From: a candidate division WOR-3 bacterium
GTDB taxonomy: Bacteria > Hydrothermota > 32-111
Reading direction: 5' to 3'
Length of the DNA stretch: 64,000 nucleotides
NCBI GenBank assembly: GCA_039804105.1
Contig: JBDRZU010000002.1
Location: 96,001 to 160,000 of the forward strand
Shown in pieces: positions 21,884 through 31,864 of this stretch. The position numbers and the translations under genes were made by a program. The notes beneath the pieces were generated by a model. The model was not told where the DNA came from. It saw only the letters and a program-made list of their open reading frames with translations, and made no database searches. Within the stretch, counting starts at the first letter, position 1; each line of letters begins with the position of its first letter.

Positions 21884-22719
21884 CTTCTAGGAAAACCTTT
21901 ACCCATAACCTCATAAACATTTGATACAACAACAAAAGCATCCTTATCTATATCCTCTATGATTTTACTTAAAATCGATATTTCTCTTCTTGCAACAACA
22001 CAGTAGAGAATTGTCTTTTCTTCCTTCGAATACATCCCTTTTCCATTGAAGCCTGAAACTCCTCTTCTGAGTTTATTTATTATTTCATTTGAAATCTCTT
22101 CTGGTTTGTTTGTAAATATGAACACTCCTTTTGCATAGTCCTGACCTTCCAATACAAGATCTATCATTTTACTTGAAAGATAAAGAGAAAGATATGAATA
22201 AAGTATAAGTTCATAACTTTTAAAAACGATTCCTGTAAGACCTATAACCATCGAGTCAACTATAAAAATCGATGTTCCTATAGAAATCGAAGTAAATCTG
22301 TTTATCATTCTTCCAATTATATCGCTTCCACCCGTTGAACCTTTACCTTTGAATACAAAACCAAGGCCTATACCTAAAATCACTCCTCCATAAAGTGTTG
22401 CAAGCAACTGGTTTCCTTCAAAAATCAAAAATTTAAAATAACTCAATATATCTGAAAAAAAACCTATCAACAGAATTGAAATCAATGTTCTTATAACAAA
22501 AAGCGTTCCAAAAAGTTTTATACTACCGATAAGCAGAGGAATGTTTAAAACTATCATAACGATTCCAAAAGGTGTCTTGAAAATATGATGTAAGACCATC
22601 GATATACCCGAAATACCCCCCGTACTGATCTTTCCAGGAACAAGGAAAAATGTGTATCCAACAGAACACAATATAATCCCTAAAGCGAGATAAAAAATAT
22701 CTTTTGAGTTTATCTTCAT
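21880..22719 (-). CDS. YitT-family membrane protein
   Basis: GGISGIS, LNIPL, GSTGGSDI, RGVS, DKDAFV..EVMGKGF. Confidence 0.9.
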   Translation of the reverse strand: MKINSKDIFYLALGIILCSVGYTFFLVPGKISTGGISGISMVLHHIFKTPFGIVMIVLNIPLLIGSIKLFGTLFVIRTLISILLIGFFSDILSYFKFLIFEGNQLLATLYGGVILGIGLGFVFKGKGSTGGSDIIGRMINRFTSISIGTSIFIVDSMVIGLTGIVFKSYELILYSYLSLYLSSKMIDLVLEGQDYAKGVFIFTNKPEEISNEIINKLRRGVSGFNGKGMYSKEEKTILYCVVARREISILSKIIEDIDKDAFVVVSNVYEVMGKGFPRR

Positions 22720-23930
22720 TTTTTGATCTCCTCGATCTTCACTTTTTTTACAACCATATTTTTAACTTCAAGAACTATTATTTTAATCTTATTATCAACA
22801 ATTACAATATCATTCTTTTCTGGGAATCTTTTTAAAGTGTAAACTATATAACCTGATAGGGTAGTAAAATTTTTACTTTTTATTTTCACATTATATTTTT
22901 CACAAAAATCATCTATAGAAATATAGCCGTTTTCTATACCAAGAATATTTTCCTGTTCGTCAATTTTATCATGCTCATCTTCAATATCTCCAAAAATTAC
23001 CTCTATGATATCCTCTTTTGTAATAATACCTTCAAACCCACCATACTCATCTATAACGATAGCAAAATTTTCACCAACTGAATTCATCTCATCTAAAACA
23101 CTTCCAATAGAAATAGATTCGTTTACAAATAAAGGTTTTTTTAAAATTTTTTTTATCTCAAACTCCTTTGTTTTTAAAAGATCAAAAATGTTTAGAACAC
23201 CTATTATGTTATCTATACTATCTTTATAAACTGGAATTTTTGAATATATTTTTTTTGAACCTGTTAAAATTTTTTTGAACTCTTCCTCTTTAATATCATC
23301 AGAAACCATTAAAACTTCTTTTCTTTTAACCGATATATCTTTTACCCTCATATCTTTTATTTTAAAAATCCCTTTTACGATATCCTCTTCTATGCCAGTA
23401 TTTTCATCAAAATCAAGATTTTTCATTAACAATTCTTTTATATTTTCACTTTCAAGAATCAATTTATTCAAACCTTTTTGTTCCTTTATTATGAAGATTT
23501 GGTTTATCTTAGAAATTATCTTAATCAAAGGGTAGAGTAAAAAATATAATATTTTCACAGGATAGAAAAAAATGAGAGAATAGAATTCACTCTTCTCGGA
23601 AACTAAATATTTGGGCACTACTTCCCCGAATATCATTATCAAAATGGAAATGTAAAGTGTAGAAACAAGAGGTGAAAAGTTCAAGTTTTTTTCAACAAAA
23701 AATCTTTCCATAAAAGTTGTGATCAGTATATTCGAAAGGTTGTTCGATATCAAAATCGTATAAAGATAATTTTGAGGTTTGTTTAGAAAATACAGAAGGT
23801 TTAAATACATCCTGTTCTTTTTCGATTTTATTTTTAAAAATATTTTGTTCGACGAAACGAAAGACATTTCGCTCGCCGAAAGTAAAAAAGAAAAAAATAG
23901 AAAAAGAATAGCAAAAAAAAGATTATACAT
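22716..23930 (-). CDS. CNNM/DUF21-CBS-CorC (hemolysin-like) transporter
   Basis: SASEMSF, IFGEVVPK, CBS pair, IDEYGG, DIEDEHD, TLSGY. Confidence 0.9.
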   Translation of the reverse strand: MYNLFFAILFLFFSFLLSASEMSFVSSNKIFLKIKSKKNRMYLNLLYFLNKPQNYLYTILISNNLSNILITTFMERFFVEKNLNFSPLVSTLYISILIMIFGEVVPKYLVSEKSEFYSLIFFYPVKILYFLLYPLIKIISKINQIFIIKEQKGLNKLILESENIKELLMKNLDFDENTGIEEDIVKGIFKIKDMRVKDISVKRKEVLMVSDDIKEEEFKKILTGSKKIYSKIPVYKDSIDNIIGVLNIFDLLKTKEFEIKKILKKPLFVNESISIGSVLDEMNSVGENFAIVIDEYGGFEGIITKEDIIEVIFGDIEDEHDKIDEQENILGIENGYISIDDFCEKYNVKIKSKNFTTLSGYIVYTLKRFPEKNDIVIVDNKIKIIVLEVKNMVVKKVKIEEIKK

Positions 23931-24840
23931 TTGTTATCTTTAAACCTTTCAAAATTTTGTACACTATATCATCTAATGTGATTATTGAAAAGAAACTATC
24001 TTCTTTGAAGATAAAAACTATGTGAATTCTCTTTTTTAAAATAAAATTTAAAACTTCACCTAACTTTTGGTCATATTCGACCCTTTCAAAATTTTTCATG
24101 TATCCATCAATAACATCTTTTTCATCTTTAAAAAGGAGATCTTTGATATATAAAACTCCAACAGGATTTTCCTTTTCAAAAACAGGTATTCTTGAAAATT
24201 TTTTTTCTTTATATAATGACAGTGCATCCTTTATAAGAGAACCTTTTTCTATCTTTACAATCTTTTCTTTTTGCGGAGCTAACTCGTAAATATTTCTATC
24301 TTTCAATTCATAATAACCCTTCAAAAAAAGATACTCATTTTCTATGCTTTCTTTATGTTCTTCAAGAAAATAGTATATCGATTCAAAATCCGTTTCAATT
24401 TTTTTCATTCTTATTTTCTTTCCTTTAACAAAAACCTTCAAAATGTATTGAAAAACCTTGAAAAATGGGAAAAAGAACAAAAAACTCTTTAAAAACATAA
24501 TTTTTTTGTAGATGGACAAAGTTTTTGGTAAAATCTCACAGAAAAAAAGGATATAAAAAAGGAGAAAGAGGATTTCAAACACCTTAAAATCTATTCTTAT
24601 TTCTACTCTACTGATAATTTTATCAAACAGTATAACTATACCAACATTAAAAAATGTGTTGAGTGAAATAAGAAAAAATAAAAGTGTATTCTTTTCTTCT
24701 GAAAGTTTTTCTAAAAAACTTATTTTTTTTGAAAATTTTTTCAGTTCAAAAGTTGACAATGAAAAGAAAGATGTTTCTATTCCAGAAATTAAAAAAGATG
24801 ACAGAGAGAAAAACAAAAAAAGTAATATATCAAACATCAA
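23923..24840 (-). CDS. CNNM/DUF21-CBS protein lacking the CorC domain
   Basis: SGIETSFFSL, FCEILPK, FSRIPVF; paralog of the downstream gene. Confidence 0.82.
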   Translation of the reverse strand: MMFDILLFLFFSLSSFLISGIETSFFSLSTFELKKFSKKISFLEKLSEEKNTLLFFLISLNTFFNVGIVILFDKIISRVEIRIDFKVFEILFLLFYILFFCEILPKTLSIYKKIMFLKSFLFFFPFFKVFQYILKVFVKGKKIRMKKIETDFESIYYFLEEHKESIENEYLFLKGYYELKDRNIYELAPQKEKIVKIEKGSLIKDALSLYKEKKFSRIPVFEKENPVGVLYIKDLLFKDEKDVIDGYMKNFERVEYDQKLGEVLNFILKKRIHIVFIFKEDSFFSIITLDDIVYKILKGLKITNV

Positions 24841-25259
24841 ACTATGAGTGAAAGATATTTTTCTTCAAGTTCAATAAATTTCTTATAATCATTTTCCCTT
24901 TTATGGTCATAACCAACAAGATGCAAAACTCCATGTATCATTCTTCTTAAAATATCTTTTTCGGTATCTGGTTTGATCTGTTCAACACATATATAAACAT
25001 CTCCAAGCATATTGTATGAATATTTTGTAAATTTCCCTTCTACAAGGGAAAATGATATCACATCCGTTGGTTTATCAATCCTTCTGTATTTTTTATTCAT
25101 CATTCTGATCTCATGTTCATCAACGAAAATGAAATTCACAATAAAACCTGTAAGACCATTTAGAAGTAAAACATCTTCTATCCAGAGTTTTAACTCCTTA
25201 ACATTTTTCTTAACTTTTTTGGGTTTTTTATAAATGTTGATTTTATTTTTTTGCAACAT
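24837..25259 (-). CDS. ybeY: rRNA maturation endoribonuclease YbeY
   Basis: KPTDVISF, LGDVYIC, HGVLHLVGYDH. Confidence 0.95.
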   Translation of the reverse strand: MLQKNKINIYKKPKKVKKNVKELKLWIEDVLLLNGLTGFIVNFIFVDEHEIRMMNKKYRRIDKPTDVISFSLVEGKFTKYSYNMLGDVYICVEQIKPDTEKDILRRMIHGVLHLVGYDHKRENDYKKFIELEEKYLSLIV

Positions 25260-27378
25260 AATCTATCCTCGGATGGTATATTCCTTTAAAAAATTCAAAT
25301 GAAACCTCTTTGATTTTTTCAATATCCTTTATTGTGATCTCAGATTCTATAAACTGGTTTTCCACGATCCTGTTATTTATAATCTTTTCGATAATTTCCT
25401 TTAAACTTTCATCATCGGTAATACTAATACTTCTAACAGCTGCTTCGATCGAATCGGAAAGCATCACTATCGTTTCCTCTTTACTTGAGGGTAAAGGCCC
25501 CGGATATCTGAACTGTTCTGGATTAAAGTTTTTTTTCGATTCTTTCGCTTTCTCATAAAAATATCCAACCGTTGTTGTACCATGATGTGTTATGATAAAT
25601 CTACTTATTTTTTCTGGAAGTTTGTACTTTTGGGCAAGTTTTAAGCCGTTCTGAACATGCTCTATTATTATTTCAGCAGAAATCTCATATGGAAGATTTT
25701 CATGTGGATTTATACCTTTAAATTGGTTCTCAATAAAATATTCTGGTTTTAGCATCTTTCCAATATCATGATAGTACGAACCAACACGAACGAGCAACAC
25801 ATCAGCATCTATCTCCTGTGCGATCTTTTCAGCAAGTCTGCTAACTATAATACTATGATTGTATGTCCCTGATGTTTTTTCTGAAAGTTCTTTTAAAAGT
25901 TCGTTGTTTAGATCAGCGAGTTCAAAAAGGGTAACATTCGTTAACCTCTGTAAAAAATTTTCGATATATTTTATCGTAAACATCATCAAAACAAAAGAAA
26001 GAACTGGGTTAATAAAACTGTAGACCATCGATATAAAAATGTTTGACATCGATGATTCTCTGTAAAGTTCTATGAAAAATGCCAGTGAAAGATTTATAAC
26101 AGAAATTTTAAAAACTATACCAAAAAAGTTCTTCTTCAAATTTTCATCTTTTATAAAGAATATAGAATATATCGATGAAATTAACACGGCAAGCAATCCA
26201 TACAACCTCATACCGGAATAGAGAATCAAAGATGTGAGAATAAACAGAAGTGTTATCAAAGAAAAAGTTTTACTGTAAAGCAATGATAAAAGTATTGAGG
26301 TTAAAATGAGGGGAACTATATACTCGATGTTTGGTAACTCATAGAAAAAGCCATAAACTCCAAGGTTGATAAGATAAAGTAATGAAACAAAAAGTTTATC
26401 CCTCTTTCTTAATGATAACTTTGAGAATTGTGTGTTTATGAAAACAAGATAGAGTATGAAAGAGATTACAAGTATTAAATTTTTATACAAGGTGTTGAGA
26501 ATTTTTTGTTTTAAATTCTCTTCACCTTTTAAAAATCTATTGAGTGAATAAATCTTATCCTCAACTGTCTGATCCACAACTTGGTTGGCTTTCACAATCA
26601 CTTCGCCTTTTAAAACTATTCCAACTTTTTCAGGAACTTCATTTTTTGCTTTTTCTCTTCTGAATGAGGTTTCATCCCTATCAAAGAATATGTTAGGTTT
26701 TAAAAGATATTGGAACATCTCAAGACCATATTTTAAAAGGTATGAATTACCAGAATATTTTTTTATTATCTCTTTTTTCAAATACTCGTTTGCCTGGGCA
26801 AGATCGAATATTTCATTTTCATATTTTACTGTTTCCCTGTTTGATTTTTTCAAAGAAATTTTTCTGTCTTTTCCAAAAGGTATTACACTTTTATCCCCTA
26901 TAACTCCAATTTCGAGTATCTGTTTTAAAGAAGTTTCAACAAAATTTAAAACATTCTTTGATTGATCAGAGATAAGTATATTTATCAGATCATCAGAAAG
27001 ATTTTTTATACTATCTCTTAAAACTTTTCTTTTCAAATCGTTTTTCCATATATTTTTATTTAGGGAATCAACATAATTTTTTAAAGAATTAAAATTGTTT
27101 AATATTTCAAGATTTCGATTTTCATCGTAAACAAGAACCGGTGGAGTATTATCGTATGCTCTTTCCTTCTCTTTTATAAGAATATCCTTATTTTTAATAA
27201 TGTCAAAAGTGAAAGGAGCAATTATATCCTTTGGTGAAATATCTCCCTTTTTTAACTGTGGAATTTTTGAAAAGGTTGATGGATAAAAAATATTGAAAAA
27301 AATAACAAGTATAAGTATTAGAATGATATCAAAATAGAATTTCTTGAAATTACTTTTTATTGTATGAGGAATATGCAT
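25243..27378 (-). CDS. 7TM-HD phosphohydrolase (PgpH-like, putative c-di-AMP phosphodiesterase)
   Basis: Extracellular domain, 7 TM, GTYNHS, YHDIGK, HHGT, FRYPGP, DSIEAA; phoH-HD-ybeY context. Confidence 0.88.
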   Translation of the reverse strand: MHIPHTIKSNFKKFYFDIILILILVIFFNIFYPSTFSKIPQLKKGDISPKDIIAPFTFDIIKNKDILIKEKERAYDNTPPVLVYDENRNLEILNNFNSLKNYVDSLNKNIWKNDLKRKVLRDSIKNLSDDLINILISDQSKNVLNFVETSLKQILEIGVIGDKSVIPFGKDRKISLKKSNRETVKYENEIFDLAQANEYLKKEIIKKYSGNSYLLKYGLEMFQYLLKPNIFFDRDETSFRREKAKNEVPEKVGIVLKGEVIVKANQVVDQTVEDKIYSLNRFLKGEENLKQKILNTLYKNLILVISFILYLVFINTQFSKLSLRKRDKLFVSLLYLINLGVYGFFYELPNIEYIVPLILTSILLSLLYSKTFSLITLLFILTSLILYSGMRLYGLLAVLISSIYSIFFIKDENLKKNFFGIVFKISVINLSLAFFIELYRESSMSNIFISMVYSFINPVLSFVLMMFTIKYIENFLQRLTNVTLFELADLNNELLKELSEKTSGTYNHSIIVSRLAEKIAQEIDADVLLVRVGSYYHDIGKMLKPEYFIENQFKGINPHENLPYEISAEIIIEHVQNGLKLAQKYKLPEKISRFIITHHGTTTVGYFYEKAKESKKNFNPEQFRYPGPLPSSKEETIVMLSDSIEAAVRSISITDDESLKEIIEKIINNRIVENQFIESEITIKDIEKIKEVSFEFFKGIYHPRIDYVAKK

Positions 27379-28270
27379 CGATAATATCCTTTACAAGTGG
27401 ATGTCTCACAACATCTTCAGATGTTAAATGGACAAATGAAATCTCTTTTATATCCTTTACTATATCCTGTAATTCGACAAGACCTGATGATGATCTTATC
27501 GATAGATCTATCTGAGTTATATCACCTGTTATTATCGCTTTCGATCTTACTCCCAATCTTGTTAAAAACATTTTCATCTGCATCGAAGTTGTATTCTGTG
27601 CTTCATCAAGAAGAAGATAAGAATTTGAAATTGTTCGTCCTCTCATGTATGCAAGAGGAGCGATCTCAACTATTCCATCCCTTATCATCCTATCAATTCT
27701 ATCCTTATCAGCAAGATCATACAGAGCATCATAGAGTGGTCTTAAGTATGGATCTATTTTTTCCTTCAAATCACCTGGCAAAAATCCGAGGTTTTCTCCC
27801 GCTTCAACAGCCGGTCTTGTTAAAATTATTTTTGAAACATTTTTTTTCAAAAGTTCATTCAACGCTTTCGCTACTGCAAGAAAGGTTTTCCCTGTGCCCG
27901 CTGGTCCAATTGCAACAACTATATCGTATCTGTTCAAAGATTCGATATACTTTTCCTGTCCTTTCGTTCTTGCTTTTATTATCTTTTTTGGTAAATAATA
28001 AACATTTTGATCTTTTCCAAAAGAAAGATCGTTTATACTTTTTGAAATCGAACTTACAACATCAATTCTTTCGAGGTACCCTTTGTCGTTTTCAAGTTCA
28101 ATCAGTTTTGAAACTATATTCTTCAACTTTAAAAAGTTATCTTCACTTCCCTCAAAAAAATAATTTCCTTCATTAAAAATAATATTACCCTTTAAATTTG
28201 AATCTATTAAATCTTTGTAGTTAGGGTATCTGTTGAAAAATACTTTAACTTTTTCTTCTAACTGAAACAT
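27350..28270 (-). CDS. phoH: PhoH-family ATPase (YbeZ-like)
   Basis: GPAGTGKT, RPAVEAGE.LGFLPG, YMRGRT, DEAQN, GDITQIDL. Confidence 0.95.
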   Translation of the reverse strand: MFQLEEKVKVFFNRYPNYKDLIDSNLKGNIIFNEGNYFFEGSEDNFLKLKNIVSKLIELENDKGYLERIDVVSSISKSINDLSFGKDQNVYYLPKKIIKARTKGQEKYIESLNRYDIVVAIGPAGTGKTFLAVAKALNELLKKNVSKIILTRPAVEAGENLGFLPGDLKEKIDPYLRPLYDALYDLADKDRIDRMIRDGIVEIAPLAYMRGRTISNSYLLLDEAQNTTSMQMKMFLTRLGVRSKAIITGDITQIDLSIRSSSGLVELQDIVKDIKEISFVHLTSEDVVRHPLVKDIIDAYSSYNKK

Positions 28271-28277
28271 AAGATTT

Positions 28278-28302
28278 GATGGGCTGTTTTAAACAGCCCA
28301 TC
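28278..28302. other. Perfect inverted repeat between the LysM gene and phoH (terminator or mRNA-stabilising hairpin)
   Basis: GATGGGCTGTTT-T-AAACAGCCCATC; no U-tract follows on the minus strand. Confidence 0.7.
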
Positions 28303-28313
28303 TAAAATTTACT

Positions 28314-28730
28314 TTATGGTCTTGGAATCGTTAATTTCCAATTTGGATATATAAGATTTGGATCCTTTATCAACCTTTTGTTTGCTCTGTAGATTTCAGG
28401 CCATCTTTTCCATCCACCTTTTCCATAGACCTCTTTGTATTCAGCAAGTTTTGAAAGCCAATCACCTGGTTTTACAATATAAAATCCTCTTGTTTCTTTT
28501 AAATTGTTAAGTTCAGCCAAGAGATTCTCTTTTTCTTTTCTTAAATTTTCAACCTCTGTCATAAGTGGGGAATGAGTATTTTTGCATTCTTCAATCTTTG
28601 CGTTTGCTGCATCAAGGCGTGCCTGTTCTTTTGCTATAGCATCAAGAACTTCTTTTTCTGTCATTGTCTGAGCAAAGATAACTGTTGAGAGGATCAACAA
28701 TAAAACGACAATAAAAAGTTTACTTTTCAT
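28314..28730 (-). CDS. Secreted coiled-coil + LysM peptidoglycan-binding protein
   Basis: Signal peptide, heptad region, YIVKPGDWLSKLA...WPEIYRANK.LIKDPNLIYPNWKLTIP. Confidence 0.9.
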   Translation of the reverse strand: MKSKLFIVVLLLILSTVIFAQTMTEKEVLDAIAKEQARLDAANAKIEECKNTHSPLMTEVENLRKEKENLLAELNNLKETRGFYIVKPGDWLSKLAEYKEVYGKGGWKRWPEIYRANKRLIKDPNLIYPNWKLTIPRP

Positions 28731-28742
28731 CTTTCACCTCTC

Positions 28743-28988
28743 TTATTTATAAATTTTAATCTCTTTCTTCAACTCTTCGATCTCTTTTAGAAGAGTTTCT
28801 TTCTCTTTTTTCAACTCTTGAACCTTTTTCTGACATTCAGCATACTGGGCTTCTGCCTGATCTGCCGCCATTCTTAATTCTTCAAGTTGAGAAAGTTGTG
28901 CCTGAGTGGCTTTCTTTGGACCACATCCAGTTATAAATAAAGAAACGAGAAGAAGTGATAACACCAAAACAATTAGAGTTTTCTTCAT
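28743..28988 (-). CDS. Small coiled-coil lipoprotein (Braun lipoprotein-like architecture)
   Basis: Lipobox ITGC at Cys22; 60-aa mature heptad helix ending IYK; strong SD AGGAGG. Confidence 0.8.
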   Translation of the reverse strand: MKKTLIVLVLSLLLVSLFITGCGPKKATQAQLSQLEELRMAADQAEAQYAECQKKVQELKKEKETLLKEIEELKKEIKIYK

Positions 28989-29008
28989 TTAAAACCTCCT
29001 TTAAAAGT

Positions 29009-29036
29009 ATTTTATCACTTTTTTTATTTATGTCAA
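29009..29036 (-). promoter_or_regulatory. sigma70-type promoter of the lipoprotein-LysM operon
   Basis: TTGACA-N16-TAAAAT with extended -10 TG. Confidence 0.7.
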
Positions 29037-29042
29037 TATACA

Positions 29043-29847
<805 letters not shown>

Positions 29848-29855
<8 letters not shown>

Positions 29856-30030
29856 TCAGAATAAAATTCATCCCTGTTGAATATGGCGAAACAGAAACCG
29901 TTTTCACATTGCTACCATTACTATATGTATAACAACAACATTGGGAAACATTGAATGTGAATGTGAATGAAGCAAATACAAAAATTGAAATGAGAATCAA
30001 AGCCAAAACGATAAAAAGATTGAGTTTCAT
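29848..30030 (-). CDS. Small secreted peptide (60 aa) with CCC motif
   Basis: Strong SD AAGGAGG, signal peptide ending VFA, stop overlaps the next start. Confidence 0.65.
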
Positions 30031-30063
30031 TAAAACCTCCTTTTATGTATTAAGTTTATAAAA

Positions 30064-30693
30064 TTATCTAAAAAAATCAATAGTTTTTATCCTATAATTT
30101 TTTATATTTTCAACAATGCCCTTCAATCTGTCATAGGTTATTATTTCCACAGGAAAAAATTTATCATCATACCTGTAAAAAGTTGACATGATTGTATCTG
30201 TCCCCTTTATGAAAAATATTGAATCGTAAAAAAAATTTTTATTGAAAAAAATTTTAACTTCATCAACTTTACCATTTCCTGGGGAAAAATTAAAACAGTT
30301 TTCTTTTAATGTATATTTCGTGTTTTTAAGTTTTGACATTGGGTTCAAAGTTGTCATTATTTCAAGATCTTTAAGAAGTGAAATATTTTTTTGATATATT
30401 TTTTTCCCATCCTTTTCCTCAAAAACCCCTTTTTTATTGTAACCTATAATAAAGGATTTGTTTTTATCAACAAGAAAAAGTTTTGTTGAATCTTCTGTTA
30501 AAACTATTTTCCCATTTATGTTTCCAATAACTTCTCCAGAAAACAGTTTTAAACTTTTGATGAAAAAAAATTCATAATTATAAAAATTATTTTTGTTGAT
30601 TATTGAATCGATATAAGAACCATCTGCTTTTAAAAAAAGGGATGACAAAATAAAAAAAAAGCCGGTTAAAACCGGCTTTAATTTATTCCTCAC
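30064..30693 (-). CDS. Exported hypothetical protein (beta-rich, possibly LolA-like)
   Basis: 209-aa ORF; signal-peptide-like N-terminus from GTG with GAGG upstream. Confidence 0.55.
   Translation of the reverse strand: MRNKLKPVLTGFFFILSSLFLKADGSYIDSIINKNNFYNYEFFFIKSLKLFSGEVIGNINGKIVLTEDSTKLFLVDKNKSFIIGYNKKGVFEEKDGKKIYQKNISLLKDLEIMTTLNPMSKLKNTKYTLKENCFNFSPGNGKVDEVKIFFNKNFFYDSIFFIKGTDTIMSTFYRYDDKFFPVEIITYDRLKGIVENIKNYRIKTIDFFR
30652..30679 (-). terminator. Intrinsic terminator after the ferredoxin gene
   Basis: Minus strand AAAGCCGGT-TTTA-ACCGGC followed by T9. Confidence 0.8.
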
Positions 30694-30865
30694 TGATTGC
30701 CTCAGTTGGACAATTATCTATTGCTTCATCAAGGTCGCAGGAGTCAAAATCAGCATCATCTTTTACCTGTGCTTTTGAATCATCATTGAGTTCAAAAACA
30801 TCTGGACAGGTATTGATACAAACACCACAACCTATACATTTTTCCTGATCAACTTTCACTTTCAT
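30683..30865 (-). CDS. Monocluster [4Fe-4S] ferredoxin
   Basis: CIGCGVC...CP...C...CP pattern of single-cluster ferredoxins; SD AGGAG. Confidence 0.92.
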   Translation of the reverse strand: MKVKVDQEKCIGCGVCINTCPDVFELNDDSKAQVKDDADFDSCDLDEAIDNCPTEAISEE

Positions 30866-30940
30866 CCTAAACTCCTTTTTTAGTGTTTTTTTTAATATAA
30901 TAGAATAAAAAAATAAGTCAATACCATTTTCAAAATTCTA

Positions 30941-30968
30941 TTGACAAATTTTTTAATGAGGATATAAT
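30941..30968 (+). promoter_or_regulatory. sigma70-type promoter of initiator tRNA
   Basis: Perfect TTGACA-N16-TATAAT. Confidence 0.8.
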
Positions 30969-30981
30969 GTATAATTAAAAT

Positions 30982-31056
<75 letters not shown>

Positions 31057-31057
31057 A

Positions 31058-31828
31058 TCATTTATATTCAAAAGTTTGAAATTTAACAGGTCTTAAGATT
31101 CTATTAAATCTTATAAATTTCCAGATCTTCCAAACGGGTTGGGTCTTGTCGATCGAGAAATAATACAGAAACGGTGTTCCAACAATATATTTTCTATGTA
31201 AAGGTCCCCAGAACCTTGAGTCATCAGAATTGTCACGATTATCACCTAACATAAAGTAATGATCAGGAGGTACCACAACAGGACCAAAATTGTCTCTTGG
31301 AAGAATTGAAAAATATCTGTTCATATAGAATTCCCCATTCTCCCATAGCCGTTGATACTCTTTATGAGAAAGATAACCTTTATAGAAATCGTTTATGTGT
31401 GGATAAACAACAGAATCGATATGTTGAACAAAAGGTTCATCATAAGTCTTTCCATTTATGTATAAAATCTTATTCTTTATCTCTATTGTATCTCCGGGAA
31501 GTCCAACACATCTTTTTACAAAAGGCCTACCATCATAAGGGAATTTGAAAACTACTATGTCACCTCTTTTGGGATTTCTGTATCTGATTATTTCTTCTGA
31601 AGTGATTGGAACATTTGTTGAGTATTTCAACCTGTTAACAAAAAGAAAATCGTTTATCTGAAGGGTGTTCAACATTGAACCAGAAAATACCATGTACGAC
31701 TGTATAAAAAAAGATTTTAAAAGAAATGTTGCAACAACAGCAAAAAGTATAGCATCTATCCAATCAATGATTTTTTCCTCTTTTGTTTTGACTTTTTTCT
31801 CTTTTTTGTTCTTTTTAAAAAAATTCAT
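31058..31828 (-). CDS. lepB: Signal peptidase I
   Basis: SGSMLNTL, RGDIVVF, FVKRCVGLPGD, GDNRDNSDDSRFWG. Confidence 0.95.
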   Translation of the reverse strand: MNFFKKNKKEKKVKTKEEKIIDWIDAILFAVVATFLLKSFFIQSYMVFSGSMLNTLQINDFLFVNRLKYSTNVPITSEEIIRYRNPKRGDIVVFKFPYDGRPFVKRCVGLPGDTIEIKNKILYINGKTYDEPFVQHIDSVVYPHINDFYKGYLSHKEYQRLWENGEFYMNRYFSILPRDNFGPVVVPPDHYFMLGDNRDNSDDSRFWGPLHRKYIVGTPFLYYFSIDKTQPVWKIWKFIRFNRILRPVKFQTFEYK

Positions 31829-31864
31829 AGCAAAAGTATACCCAACAAAAAATATAAGTCAATA

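Noticed and set aside
27397..28176. 259-aa plus-strand ORF
   Set aside because: Antisense shadow of conserved phoH; no motifs or RBS.
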